This document shows, in pieces, positions 1 through 11,830 of a stretch of DNA of 60,000 nt. Origin of the DNA: Vicugna vicugna (lineage: Eukaryota); NCBI GenBank assembly GCA_013265495.1, contig MU057809.1, positions 1,293,062-1,353,061 of the forward strand. The letters are read 5' to 3'. The first letter of the stretch is position 1. Every line of letters begins with the position of its first letter. Below the pieces are notes generated by a model. It had not been told where the DNA came from. It searched no databases and saw only the letters and a list, made by a program, of their open reading frames with translations. The translations under genes and the position numbers were made by a program.

Positions 1-1189
1 CATCCTGGCTGTCCCACCCCCAGGCTGGTCGCTGGTGACTCGACCGTGCCCAGCAAGGCTGGTTTCTCTGCCGGGGTCAGAGGAGGCCGTAAATCCAGCC
101 CCCAGCCTCCGCCCCCCTGGCCCCGGCCCTCTGTCCCTAGCATTGTCCCCAAGCCCCCAGCCTTCCTCTCTGCAAACTCCAGTGGCAGGAAGGGAGCCTT
201 TGCCAAGTGGTCAGTTCCTGTCCTGGGGAGTGGAGGGTCCCCAGGCCCGTTCTTGGCCCTGTCCCCACCCTCACCAACCCTGTCACTCCAAGCCCTCCCA
301 TCTCTGTGCCTTCTGCACTCCCTCACCTTCAGCCTGGCCTCCATGCTGTTCCTGGAATGTGCCAGTTCTGCCCCAGGGCCTTTGCTCCAGCTGTTTATTC
401 TCTTGCCTGGAATGTTCTCCTTGAGGCCACAGGCCCTGCCCCTCCCAGCTCTGGCACTACCTCTGTTTTCCCTGTGGCCTCGCTGCCTCCCCAGCACACC
501 TTGAGGAGCACTGTGCTGTCCTTCCCCCAGAATGCCAGCTCCCTGAGGTCAGGGACACAGCCCCCAGGACAGAGAGTGGACGCTCTGTGTGAAAGATTGG
601 GGAGCTGTCAGCTCAGAGAGGGGGAGTCTGGCCCCAAGGACACACAGCATCGAGCTGTGGTGGGTGAGGTCCCATGTCTGGGCTGAGCTGACTTCACACT
701 GGGGGGTCTTCACTATCCCATCTGCTTCCTGCCCCAGGATCTCTCGACAGAGACCACCTCTTCTCCTTGCAGCAACCTCTGTCCCCAGAAGACAGATTCC
801 TGAAGTCCTGCGTTTCCAGGACTCTGTTAGCCTGGCCTCCAGCCCCATGGTTGTCTCCTCACGGGGCTCCCCTGCCTAGCTTCTGCTTGCATGCCTCCAG
901 CAATGGGGAGCTCACCACCTGGGTGGTGCAGATGGGGAGAAAGAACCTCCTCGCACAAGCGCGCTCCCAGGTCTGGGCTCCGGCTCAGACGTCAGGGGGG
1001 CTCAGGTCGGATGGACCACGTCTGGGGCTCCTGGCCTTGCAGTGTGTGGGTGACTAATCCTTGGCGGGGCTGTGGCGAGTAGCTGTTAGCGTGGATCCAG
1101 ACCTAATATGCCCTGAGTGTCCCCCGAAGCCAGCCTGTCTCCTCACCCTTCCCCCACAGCTGGGCACCTGCAGATGCATGCCCTTGGCC

Positions 1190-1335
1190 GCTGTCACTCC
1201 TTGAATCTCATGACAATCGTGCGAGGCAAGAAGGACAGGAAGTGGCTCTATCTTACAGCTGAGAAAACTGAGTCTTAGGAGGAAAGGGCTGGAACCTCCT
1301 GCGGGGATGCAGAGCCTGACTTCTGACCCTAGGGC
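1190..1335 (-). mobile_element. MIR SINE
   Basis: ttgaatctcatgacaatc...tcttacagctgagaaaactgagtcttag. Confidence 0.55.
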
Positions 1336-2789
1336 CTCTCCCCCAGGTTGTGTGGCAAGGAGGCGACAGCCCAGCCTCACCGCCTCTCACTGAGGGGCCA
1401 CCCACCAGCCTTTCGAGCCTCCGCGCTCTGAGTGTGAGGTGGTGGGCCCCAGGCCCCCTCCCAGCCCCACCCCCGGGCTCTCGGCTCCCAGGGACCGTGG
1501 GGCAGACAGAGGGGCTGGCTACCAGATTCCCGCCATGCACTGGCCTACCCGGGGGTGAGGGGACAGCTGGACGAGGCCCCAGGAAGGGGGGCAACAGCGA
1601 GGGAGGCTGAAGCTCGGGGCGGGGGTTGGTCAGGGGTACATGAGAAAGGCCGGCTGGGGGCGGGCCAGGAGGCCCAAAGAGCCTCCAGCCAGGGTGGGAG
1701 GAGCCCCGCCAGCCTCAGCTTTCTCATGTGTCACAGGGACTGAGGAGAGGAGAACTGTCCCTGTCCCCGCGCCCCCAGATGTGGGGAGGGAGTGCCAGGG
1801 GCCCTGAGACGAGGAAAGGAAGAGGAGGGGAGGACGGGCTGGGGAGCTGCGCTCTGCAGCGTGTGGGCGAGGGTCAGACTCCCCGGGGAGACTTGGGGGC
1901 GCTCCAGCTCCGCAGCTGCCCTTGGCTGTGCTGCTAGGGCCATGGCCGCCCCCACCCTGTGCTGGAGGCCCTTGTTGACAGGTCATGAGGATCCTCCTGC
2001 CATATGGAAGACATCGCCTCCCAGAGAGGGTGAGAAGTGAGCTGCCTGTGCCGTGGGCTGCCCCCTGCTCCGGGCAGGACAGCCCTGGAGGAGGCGCCGG
2101 GCATGGGCTGCACTTGGGGGCCAACACCAGCTTCAGTGGCAAGTCCCCCCAGCAAGTCCTGTGGCAGAGCCAGCAGCCCTCACCCACAGCCATCCCGGAC
2201 GCCGCTGCTCACGGAGGCTGTCACAGGCCCGTGGGGGCGGAGGGCCACAAGGATCTGCCGCTGTGTGGGCACCCACGGCCCGGAGCAGCGCTGGTTAGCG
2301 AGTCGGAGCAGGCCCGGCCACCTGGGAGCCAGTCGAGCTTTCTGCCTGCCGGGGCCCGAGGCCCCACCACCCAGCTCTGCCTTCCTCCATCCCCCTAACC
2401 CCTAGCCTGGCCCCCCAGTCCAGCCCACCCAGCTCCTTGGCACCAACCCAAATGGGTGCCTTGGTTGAGAGGGTCTGCCTTCTCCAACCTCAGTCTCCGG
2501 ACTTGCAGCGCCCAGATAAAGGCACCCGCTGTGTGGGGCCCAGAGGAACCCCACGAGGGGTGCAGGCTTGGGGGAAGGGGTCTCCCTGGAGACCCAGACA
2601 GAGCAGGGGAGGGGAGGCCACGGTCTCTGGAGTGAGGCAAATCTGGGCTCACACTCCTGCTCGCAGTTTAAAACCATTCACTGACAATAAACTCTGGCCT
2701 GGACCCAGCAATTCGGCAGTGACCAAGACAAGATGGGTTCTGAAGTTCACAGTGCGGCAGGGCCAGCCCAACAGTGGCCCAGGTGACAG

Positions 2790-2990
2790 CGTCCGGAGCA
2801 CTCACCGTGTACCGGGCCTGTGTGAGTGGGTTCACATTGCCTTCAAAACATCCTTTGAAACAAGCTTCCTAATTACTCCCATTTTACAGTTGGAGACATT
2901 GAGGCACAGAGAGGTTGTGTGACTCACCTGAGGTCACCCAGCTAATAATTAGCAGAGCCAGGAATTAAATCCCAGCAGTACGGCTCCAAG
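2790..2990 (-). mobile_element. MIR SINE
   Basis: MIR core: attactcccattttacagttggagacattgaggcacagagaggttgtgtgactcacctgaggtcacccagcta. Confidence 0.7.
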
Positions 2991-4587
2991 AGGCAGATAA
3001 GAAAGCTGAGCGATCCGGAGCAAAACAACTAGCGCCCCCAGCCTCGGTTTCCCCAAACCCGCCTGAGGCGAGTCCCCACCGGTCAAAGCCAGGGCAGACC
3101 GGGTACAAGCACAAGTTGGAAGCGGCCGGCAGGGCGTTCTGGGGCCCCCACTGCACTGGGCCTCCCTTTCAGTACCTGTAAAATGGGGTGATGATCCTGC
3201 CCCTCCCCAGAAGGACCAGGGGGCTGCGGAGGGCAGGCCCCTCACTGGGAAGGTTTCCAGCACTCAGTCTGGCCAGCTGCAGCCAGCAGTCCACCCCGCT
3301 CGCCCCCGCCTCCCAGATGGGCCTCCCACCCCCAACCAGAGCAGGCTGGGGCTGCAGTGACGCCCCGGGGGACGGCACAGGGTCGTGGGAAGGGGCGGCG
3401 GGGGAGCTCCCTGTGGACACACCTGAGCGGCCCGGCCTCCGGGGGGCACGGAAGGTGGCATCACAGCTGGCCCGGGCCACCCGAGCCAGACGGCCCCCCG
3501 GCCCGCCCCCGCTGTCCTCGTCGGCGCCCCTGGGGAGTGACCCTCCCTCCGGCTCCACGGAGGCGAGGACGGGAAGAGGCAGAGGAACCGGCTGTGCGGG
3601 ACACCTGAGCCCGCTGACCAGGCCTCCCAGGGGGCGGCTGCCCAGGGGCTGGGAGGCCGAGACGTGGTCCTTTCCCACCGCCTGCCCCCAGAGGGCCCGG
3701 GAGGAAGCAGTTCAGCAGGTGGTGGGCCAGCTGGGGCCTAGGCCTGCCCTGACCCGCTTCTGCTGGGCAGGGGAGACCAGGCCAGGTGCCTCCTGACCTC
3801 AGTTTCTGCCTCTGTGACCAGGGACACTGTTCCTCCGCTCCCAGGCCCCTGCGAGAAACGCAGGTGTGCAGGATCCTTACCCCACAACACACATGGGAGA
3901 CTGAGACTGGAGCAAGGCTCATAGGAGACACCACGGAGCTCCCAGCTCTGCTGCTGCGGGGCCTGTGATCAGGGCCAAGGAAGACACCCTCAGCATGGGG
4001 GTGCGGAGACCCGGCTTCGGTCCAGGCGGGTGAGCCAAGCACCCACTTGTTGTAAAAGGCATATGGTTAAGATCGGCCGAGCCTGCATCCTGGCCCGGTG
4101 CTGACGGGCAGGGGCGCCTTTGCCAGTGGGGAATCACAGGGCAAGCACTCAGGCCTCTCTGGCCTGGGGCCTGGTGGCCACTCGCCCAGCCCTCATGCCC
4201 AGACCTGAGGCTGAGGGAGAAGCGTCCTGCGAGTGGGAGGCCCAGCAGAGCACCAACCGTTCAGGGACTGTCGGCCCATCTGCATGCCCCTCTCCGTCCT
4301 CGCACTGGGCAGGTGCTGGGAGCCCCCAGAACCAGCTGGGGGGCCCAGGGGCCAGGCGCCTGTCTGTCCGCCCATCCTGTGTGGCCACATTCCTGGTGGG
4401 CAGGCCTGGTGCTGCCCGCTCCCCAAGCTGCCACCCCCGCCTTCACCACCGCTGGGCTCTCTGCCCCTCCTGGCTCACACATGTCGGAGGGCGCCTGCCC
4501 CCCACGGCCCTGGGCTGCCGCGAGGCGGTGTGGGAGCACCGCATGCAGTGCAGGGAGACGCAGCCTCCCGGGTCCCTGGCCTGCAGG

Positions 4588-5163
4588 GGTGTACCGGGTT
4601 GAATGGTGGCCCCCCGAAAAGACAGAACCAACTCCGAACCCCCAGGACCTGTGAAGGGGTCCTTATTTGGAGAAAGGGTCTTTGCTCATGTAATTAAGTG
4701 AAAGATTTTGGGATGAGGTCATCCTGGATTTAGTGGGTCGTAAATCCAACGAGCAGTGGAAAGAAGGGGCAGACACAGAAACACAGAGGGAAGGTGGCCG
4801 TGTGACAGCAGAGCCAGAGACTGGACGATGCGGTCACAAGCCCGGAATGCCAAGGACTGTGAGGTCCACCAGAGACGCCTGGGGCAGGCCCCCTCTGAGC
4901 CTCCAGAGGACCTCGATCTCAGACTTTCGGCCTCCAGAACTGGGAGGCAATAAATCCCCGCGGTTTTTTCGTTTTGCTTTTTTTGTGAGGTGGGAGGTAA
5001 TTAGGTTTACTTATTTATTGTTAGAGGAGGTACTGGGAATTGAACCCAGGACCTCGTGCATGCTAAGCACACGCTCTACCACTGAGCTGCGCCCGCCGCC
5101 AACAGTATCTGTTGTTTTAAGCCAAGTTTGTGGTCATTTTTTACAGCAGCCCTAGGACACAAA
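4588..5163 (+). mobile_element. MLT1-type (ERVL-MaLR) solo LTR, interrupted by a SINE
   Basis: Typical MLT1 text: ttgaatggtggcccc...ccttatttgga..agggtcttt...gatgaggtcatcctggattta...cctccagaactg..aataaat...tgttgttttaagcca..tttgtggt..ttt.acagcagccctagga. Confidence 0.8.
4964..5100 (-). mobile_element. tRNA-derived SINE (camelid Vic-1-like)
   Basis: Minus strand has A-box agctcagtggtagagcg and B-box ggttcaattccc, then aataaataagtaaacctaattacctccc and an A-rich tail. Confidence 0.75.
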
Positions 5164-8100
5164 TGTGGGGGCAGGGGGGTCTGAAAAGGCTCATCTCCCA
5201 GAGCCCAGGTGTGAAGGGAAGGGGGCAAGTGCCCGAGAGGGTCCCGGCAGGGTGAGCTTGGAGGAGCCACCCCCCCGGCACCTTCCAGGGACGTGAGGGG
5301 CTGCTCCACAGGCCCCTGGCCCCGACGCGAGCCTTCAGCTTGTGGGCCCAGGTGAGCTGCGGGGCCGCCTGTGGTCGGCCGTCCAGTGCTCTGAGCTGGA
5401 AGGCAGGCTCCCGGGGTCCAGCCGCATCCTCCCGGAGCTGACTGTGAGCCCCTCAGCAAATCCTGCCCGTCTCAGGGTCCCCAACTTCTCAGGGCAATGA
5501 GGACTCGGAGAGTTTGTCCCCTGGGGACCCTGGGCTCTCGAGGAAGCGGCAGTTCAACCCGGGAGGTGCTGAAAGCTGAGAGGACCGAGTCTCAGCCGGG
5601 CCCTGAAGTGCCACACTCAGGCCCTTGGGGCAGATGCAAGAGGCTCCAGGCGCCGCTCACCCGGGGCACAAGGCAGCTGGGGTGACAGCAGGGGTCAGGG
5701 AAGGCTCCTGGAGGAAGAGATGGCAGAGGATTTGGCTGGACTCCGGGGGAAGCTGACTCAGCCTCTAGAAGCCCCACTTCTCCAAGCAGCGCCTTCCTGA
5801 TGGGGCCAACCTTCCGTCCAAAGCTGTTGCCACCAGCAGGACAGGAAGCACGTGGCCTGGGCCACACCCCAGCCCCAGCCCGGCCCCTGCCCAGCACTCT
5901 GGCCTGGCCTCGGCCTCCCACCTTGGCCTGGCCACCTCTCTGGGGAACAAGGCTGAGGCCAGCCCGACCCGCCTTCCCCTTCCCAAGTCCGCAGCGGTGC
6001 CAGAGGAAGGAGCTGGGAAAGGCTGCGGGGGCCATCTCTGGGCGTGTGGACACGTGGACACACGTGTCCTCTGTGCACGGCCACACGCTGGCTGGTGGGC
6101 ACTTCTGTGCCCCCCGCCCCAGCCAGTGCACATACAGGCTCATCTGCACGTGTGAAGACCTGCACACGCAGACGCACGGACACAGGTGTGTCTGGGGCGC
6201 CCAGAGCAGCACAACTGGGCCTCTGTCTGCCAGACTGCACCCGGCCCTGTGACTCAGGCCTTCAGGGCCACTGCTGGGGGTGGGGGGCATGCTGAGGGTG
6301 GGCAACTGGGGCATCTCACTCGCGACAACCCCACTCCTTCCTACCCTTGAGTCTTCAGGGAGGGGACACACGGCCTTGCAGTTAGGGGCCGGCAGTTGTC
6401 GGCCTCTGGCTCCCTGCTTCCTCAACTCCACCAGCAGGACTGACCTGTGACTCTGTCAGCCAAGGAAGAGCCAAGCACTCTGAGCAGGGGGCTGGGGGAG
6501 GACATTACCCAGAGGGTCAGAAGAGGCTGAAGAAAGCCTCCGGAGAGCTAGGGAGGGGCAGTGCACACATGTGTGCAGGTCGTGCACTGACCAAAGATAA
6601 ATGCCTGAAGTCCAGCCCACGCTCTGCTCACCAGGCTGCAGAGGAGGAGAGCCTTTTCCCCAGCAGTAGCCCTGAGTGGCAGGTAGGGTGCCCGGCAGGG
6701 TTCTGAGGGCCCAGTGTGCACAATCTCAGCCTGCATGGCTGGGGCCCGTGTTTGCCCAAGACCCCGTGTTGATGCGGGGCTGTGTGTCTGCGTGTGTGTG
6801 CTCTCCCTGGAGGATGCCCAGTCACCCACAGGCCAGAGTCCTGTGGGCAGGGAGGCGCATCCCTGTCTGTTCCAGGGTGCTGCAGTTCCCACGCTGTCAC
6901 AATGGTCACACAACAGGGGGCCCCCGGGGATGGAACCTAATCATGGGCTATTGAAGACCTGAACGCCATGGCCCTACCCTGAGCCAGCAGACAGCCCCGC
7001 CCGGGACACCTGATCTACCACCGCCCTTGCCTGAAAGGGGGACACTGTCCCCTCAGGGCCCTCATCCCAATGGCATAGACAGGGAGGGAAACTGGGTCGC
7101 TGGGATAGAGTGACAGCAATTGCAGACAGGGACAAGGCAGGAGGGGGCGGCCACCGCCAGGAGCAGCCATCCCTGAGGATGGTCCAGCCTGAAGGACATC
7201 TGCCCGAAGGGGACCCAACCTCGGGTCCCTAAGGAGGGACACATTTGGGGGGTTGCATCTAAGATAAGAAAGAAACCACTTGCCTAAGACCCCACATCAG
7301 GTTGGGGACAGAGCCAAGACTGGGGACCCTCCTTTCCCCCACCTAGAGGGGTGCCCCTAGGCCACGCTGCAGGCTGTGGTGTGGGCACCAGGCCTGGGCG
7401 TCGGCTCAGGGCCCCCAGCGCCCTGCCCTCCTGGAGAAGGCAGCCAGCAGCCCACTTCTCCATCTGGGTATGTCTCACTTCTACTCAGTTTCCTGGCCGG
7501 GACAGAGCTTTCCAGGGGCAGCCAGGGAGAGTCAGGCCTGGCCAGAGCTCCCTCGGGGAACAGTGTCCCAGACCTTCTCTGTCCAAGGCCAGTTCAGCAC
7601 TGCCACCCTGTCTCTGCTCTGAGTCCTGCACCCTCCTGTAGACCCTGCGCAGGGGAGGGGGCCCTCCAGGACTTCCTGGGGTGTGGGAGACACACAGGAG
7701 GTGGGACCCCACAGATGCTCACTCTCAGGGGTGGCTGGAGAGGCCTGCTAACTGCTCGGTGACTCTCAGGGCCTCCATCTTCCACCTGTGAAATGGGACT
7801 TAGCTCTTTCAGGCTCTTTGAGCACTGGTCACATCCAGCGAACTCAGCTCTATTGGGCTGGGTTTCCACCCACCACTGTCAGGTACATTCTGGTGCCAGA
7901 ATCTATGCTGGGGGCAGGAGGGGACCCAGGATTGAGGGGAAGGGAGTGAGTCTGGAAGACGTCCCCAAGGAGGTGGCAGCTGAGCAGAGAGGCTGAGCCA
8001 GATGTAGGGGTGGGGGAACAGAGGCAAAGGCGCTGGCTGGAGAGGCAGGAGGAACAGTGCTTGGCTGAGCCCGGGGTGTGTAGGGAGCAGACAGAAGAGG

Positions 8101-9319
8101 TTGGGAGGCTGGCAGGCAGTGAAGGCCAGGGACCAGCCCTCCCTCCAAAGCAGGTAGTGAATGGGGAGCCGAGGAGGGTGTACGACTGCAATCCCGTTTC
8201 TAGGATCCAGGGGCCAAGCTTCGTATCCCTGCAAGACTGCGCTGTCTGCTCCTCCCTCTTCCAGCTTCAGGCAGGCAATCAAGCACCGGGGCACAGAACC
8301 GGCCGGGAACTACGATCCACCTCCCACCCCAGGCGGCCAGGGATGCTGCCGGCTAGAGGGGGCATGGGCTCCCCAGAGCGGTCCACAGGGTGGGCTGGCT
8401 TCGGCCCCGCTCCCTGAACCTCGGTCCAGCAGGGTCGGCTGGGCCCTTATAGGGTTGACGTCATTGTCAAGCGAAGAGGGGTCCAGAATGACCCCAGAGA
8501 GTGCCTGTGGGTGACCTGTGGGCATGCCCCTTCCTGCAGCTTCCTATGACGGTGAGGCTGATGACGCGGGCCGGCCGTGGTTGCTGGGCAAACAGCCATG
8601 GTCACTGCAGCGGCACTGAGCCCGGAGCCAGATCCGCCCTCCACGGGGCCCCAGGGAGGGCTGCCGGACAGGAGGGCGCTCAGGAGCTGATGGGCCCTGC
8701 CTCTCTGTCTGTCGGACGGTGCTAGTGGTGGGCAGCGCCACGCCCAAGTGGGTTTTAGAACTGGGGAGGGGGCCCGGGCCAAGCACCCCCACCCCACCAC
8801 GGTGCGGCCCGGTGCGGGCCGGCTCCCTTCCCTCTCTGAGCCTCAGCTTCCTCATTTGCAAAATAAGACCGGGAGACACGCCCTCCTAAGCCTGTGACCC
8901 TGCAGCCTCCCCCCCCCCCCATGGTGCCCTCTCTCCAAGGCCTGGTTGGCATCAAGCCGCAACAGCCTAGGGGCTGTGGGAGGGGGTGGGAGCACTCGCA
9001 GTTGGGGACAGGCGCTGTGGGAAGCCCCCAGCATGGGGGCAGGAGTGGGGACCCGGGAGCTTAACCTGGCAGACACATCGGCAGTTCCGTCTGCTGCTTC
9101 TGTCAATACGAGCCTTCCTGTTTTGGAGATTAAACCTCGGCTGAGCAAACAGCTTTCAAGGAGGCCCCTCCCTGCCACCTCCCCTTCCCAGCCTGTCCTG
9201 AAGCTGGAACCACCTGGAGGCTGTTGAGGGGGTGGCAGGGCTAGGTGGGGGCCCAGCTCTCTTCCCCTTCCCCTCGCCAAGCCCTGCCAGCCCCCCACCC
9301 CGGGCAGCCCCCAGCCCCT

Positions 9320-9356
9320 NNNNNNNNNNNNNNNNNNNNNNNNNNNNNNNNNNNNN
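9320..9356. other. Assembly gap (37 N)
   Basis: Run of n flanked by C-rich tracts. Confidence 0.99.
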
Positions 9357-9619
9357 CCTGCCCCCACCCCCACTGACCCCTGCCGAGGCCTCCACCGGAA
9401 GCCTCCTGTGTAATCCTTCCGCCCCAGGCGGGCGCACTGTCCCAGCGGCCCTGTCCTCCGCATCCTCTGACCTCATGTAACCTCCTACAGGAAGGTGAGA
9501 CCAAGCCACTCCTTGGGGCTTCACTGCCAGGCACATGCCCACCTGGCAGGGACGCGGGCATGGCAGGAGAGCCACCCTTGAGCGTCCCACCGGGGCCCAA
9601 GACTGGGGAGACCTGGTGT

Positions 9620-9825
9620 CTCACTTGTGGCGCCCCCCCTTGGCGTCTTGGCTTTGCGGGTTGCAAGACTCCTTGTCTGGGGCCTGTCTTGTTTGCAAAA
9701 GGAGGTTCCACAGCAACCCTGGCTTCTACTCATTTGATCCCCCAAGGATGACAACCAAAAACATCTTCAGGCATTGCCGAGTTCCCCTGGGGGCCAAAGT
9801 CACCCCCAGCTGCGAACCCGTGGGC
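9620..9825 (+). mobile_element. MER20-like hAT DNA transposon
   Basis: gatgacaaccaaaaacatcttcaggcattgccgagttcccctgggggccaaagtcacccccagctgcgaaccc resembles the MER20 3' half. Confidence 0.65.
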
Positions 9826-11751
9826 AAGCCCCTGCAGACGGTGTGCAGACCACAGAGCCAAGGCTGCAGAGAGTGGGCGGAGCCTCAGAGGTCTATCCTG
9901 TCACCCTGGTCCCCCCAACCCTCCCACCAGGGGCCGCCCACCTCCAAGCACCCTGGCCCTGCCCGCTTCCCAGCATCCTCCCCAGACTCAGCTCTCCTCT
10001 TGGCAGAGCCTCCCAAGGAAGGGAGGAGGGAGCACAAAGGCCGAGGCAGCCCCAGCCCCTCCTGGCTTCCTCCGTCTCTGGCCACAGGGATGCAAGGCCA
10101 GGAGGGGCACACAGACAGATGGGGGGCTCGGGGTTGACTCCCGTTGTCCAAGCTGGACCACAGGTGCGTCTCCTCCTTCTGTAAAGCGGCCTGGACCACA
10201 GCCCTCTCGTTCACAGGCGTCTGTGGCTCCTCGTGGCCTCCCCAGCTTGGCCTCCTGAGCCTGGACCCCAGGGCTCCTGCTCGCCTGTCCAGCCTCATCT
10301 CCTCTACCCACACCCCTGCCGAGTCACACAGCCTCTCCAGTCCCCCCCGGGGAGCCTCCCAGCTGCCTTCCCATCTGCCTCTGCCTGCCTGAACCTTCAA
10401 GCCACAGGGTGACAGTCACCATCTTTTCCCGGAAGCCTCTGCTGAAGCCTCAAACCCCTTGGCCTGGCATACGATGGACTCTCCCCTGCCCAGGCCCCCA
10501 GCACACCAGGGCGTGGCCTGTCTTCCAGCCCCTACCACCCTCTGCCTGCTTGAGGAACATCGGGTGCCTGATGAATCCTTCCCAGGAGACCGTGAGCTCT
10601 CTGGGGCTGCGCCTGAGTCAACTCCTCCACTCTCCCGGAGCCAGAGCTGGGACTGGAGAAAGCACCAGGGACACTGTTGGGTGGGTGGGTGAATGGACAG
10701 ACAGGTGGACAGACAGACAGGTGGATGGACGGGTCCCATGACTGTGGCTTACCTTTCGGTGGGTGCGACTGCCATGCCTCCCCCAGGCGGGGCACATGAC
10801 CTCCCCACCTCCCCTTCCAGGGCAGCCTAGAGCATCCTGGGATGCCTTGTCCCTCCCCTTCCCATGAGTGAGAGGAGGACAACACCGTCCCTGTTACAGG
10901 GGAGGGGCCCGAGGTCAGGGAGACAGGGACAAGCCCAGGATCGCATGGGAAGCCCAGCTCCCTTTGAGCTGAGGTTCTGACCCCTGCTACCTCCATCCAG
11001 CCCGGAGCCCCTCCTCGCGCTGCTCCTGGGGCCTGGACCCATCGACATGGGCATGGGGTCACGACAGGGGCAGGGGATCCTGCCCGGAGCCTGGCAGGCA
11101 CCCGCACAGCCACGCCCCACCCCCTGCCCCACACAAGCTAGCCATTCTTGGCAAGACAAAGGCCAGCTGGGGCAGAGTGGCTCTGGTATCTCCCTGGTGG
11201 GTGTCTGGCCTCCGCAGGATGTCAATAATCAGTTCTGGGGGGGCTCTGCCCCTGGGGGCTGCAGATCAGATTAGCTCCATCCAGCTTCACGGCCCAGGCA
11301 GCCCCAGTGCAACCACCAGGAAGAAACGCAGCTGTCAGCTCCAGGCCTGTGGCCTTCCCCGAGTGCACAAGCCCTGGTCCCAAGGCTGAGAGGCCTCCTG
11401 ATCTTCTGTGGGGTCAAAGGCATGTCTCCTCCCCTCCCTGGACCCCCATTACCCATCTGTAAGACCAACAGTTTGAGTGGGAACTTTTGAGAACTTCTTG
11501 AAGTGGTGTACCCAGAAATGTTCCCATTCCCCAGTGCAGGGCAAACACTGAGCAGATGGTCATTTTCATGGGTCTCAGCCCCTGCCACCCACCACAGCCC
11601 TGCCCTCAGGTCCCATCCCCAGCGCCAGCTCAGAGTTCAGTGGGCGGCCCTGCCAGGCCTTCTTACCCAGAGGCCCGTGTTCCCCTGGGTGGGAGTGGGC
11701 CAGGGAGACGGTACGCTCTCTTGAGTCTCTGTATATCTGTATGTCCACATC

Positions 11752-11830
11752 TACCCAACCTTCCATCCATCCATCCACCCAACCTGTCCATCCGTCCACC
11801 TGTCCGTCCATCCATCCATCCATCTGTCCA
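11752..11830. repeat. (CCAT)n-type simple repeat (likely an L2 tail, minus strand)
   Basis: ccatccatccatccacccaacctgtccatccgtcc..., followed by L2-like tttgttgagcgactactttgtgccag. Confidence 0.8.

Noticed and set aside
5030..5092. tRNA-like sequence (A and B boxes), also at 26100-26160 and 28870-28910
   Set aside because: These are diverged copies with SINE tails, so SINE heads and not tRNA genes.
8852..9711. ORFs spanning the N gap
   Set aside because: They run through unknown bases of an assembly gap, so the frames are unverifiable.
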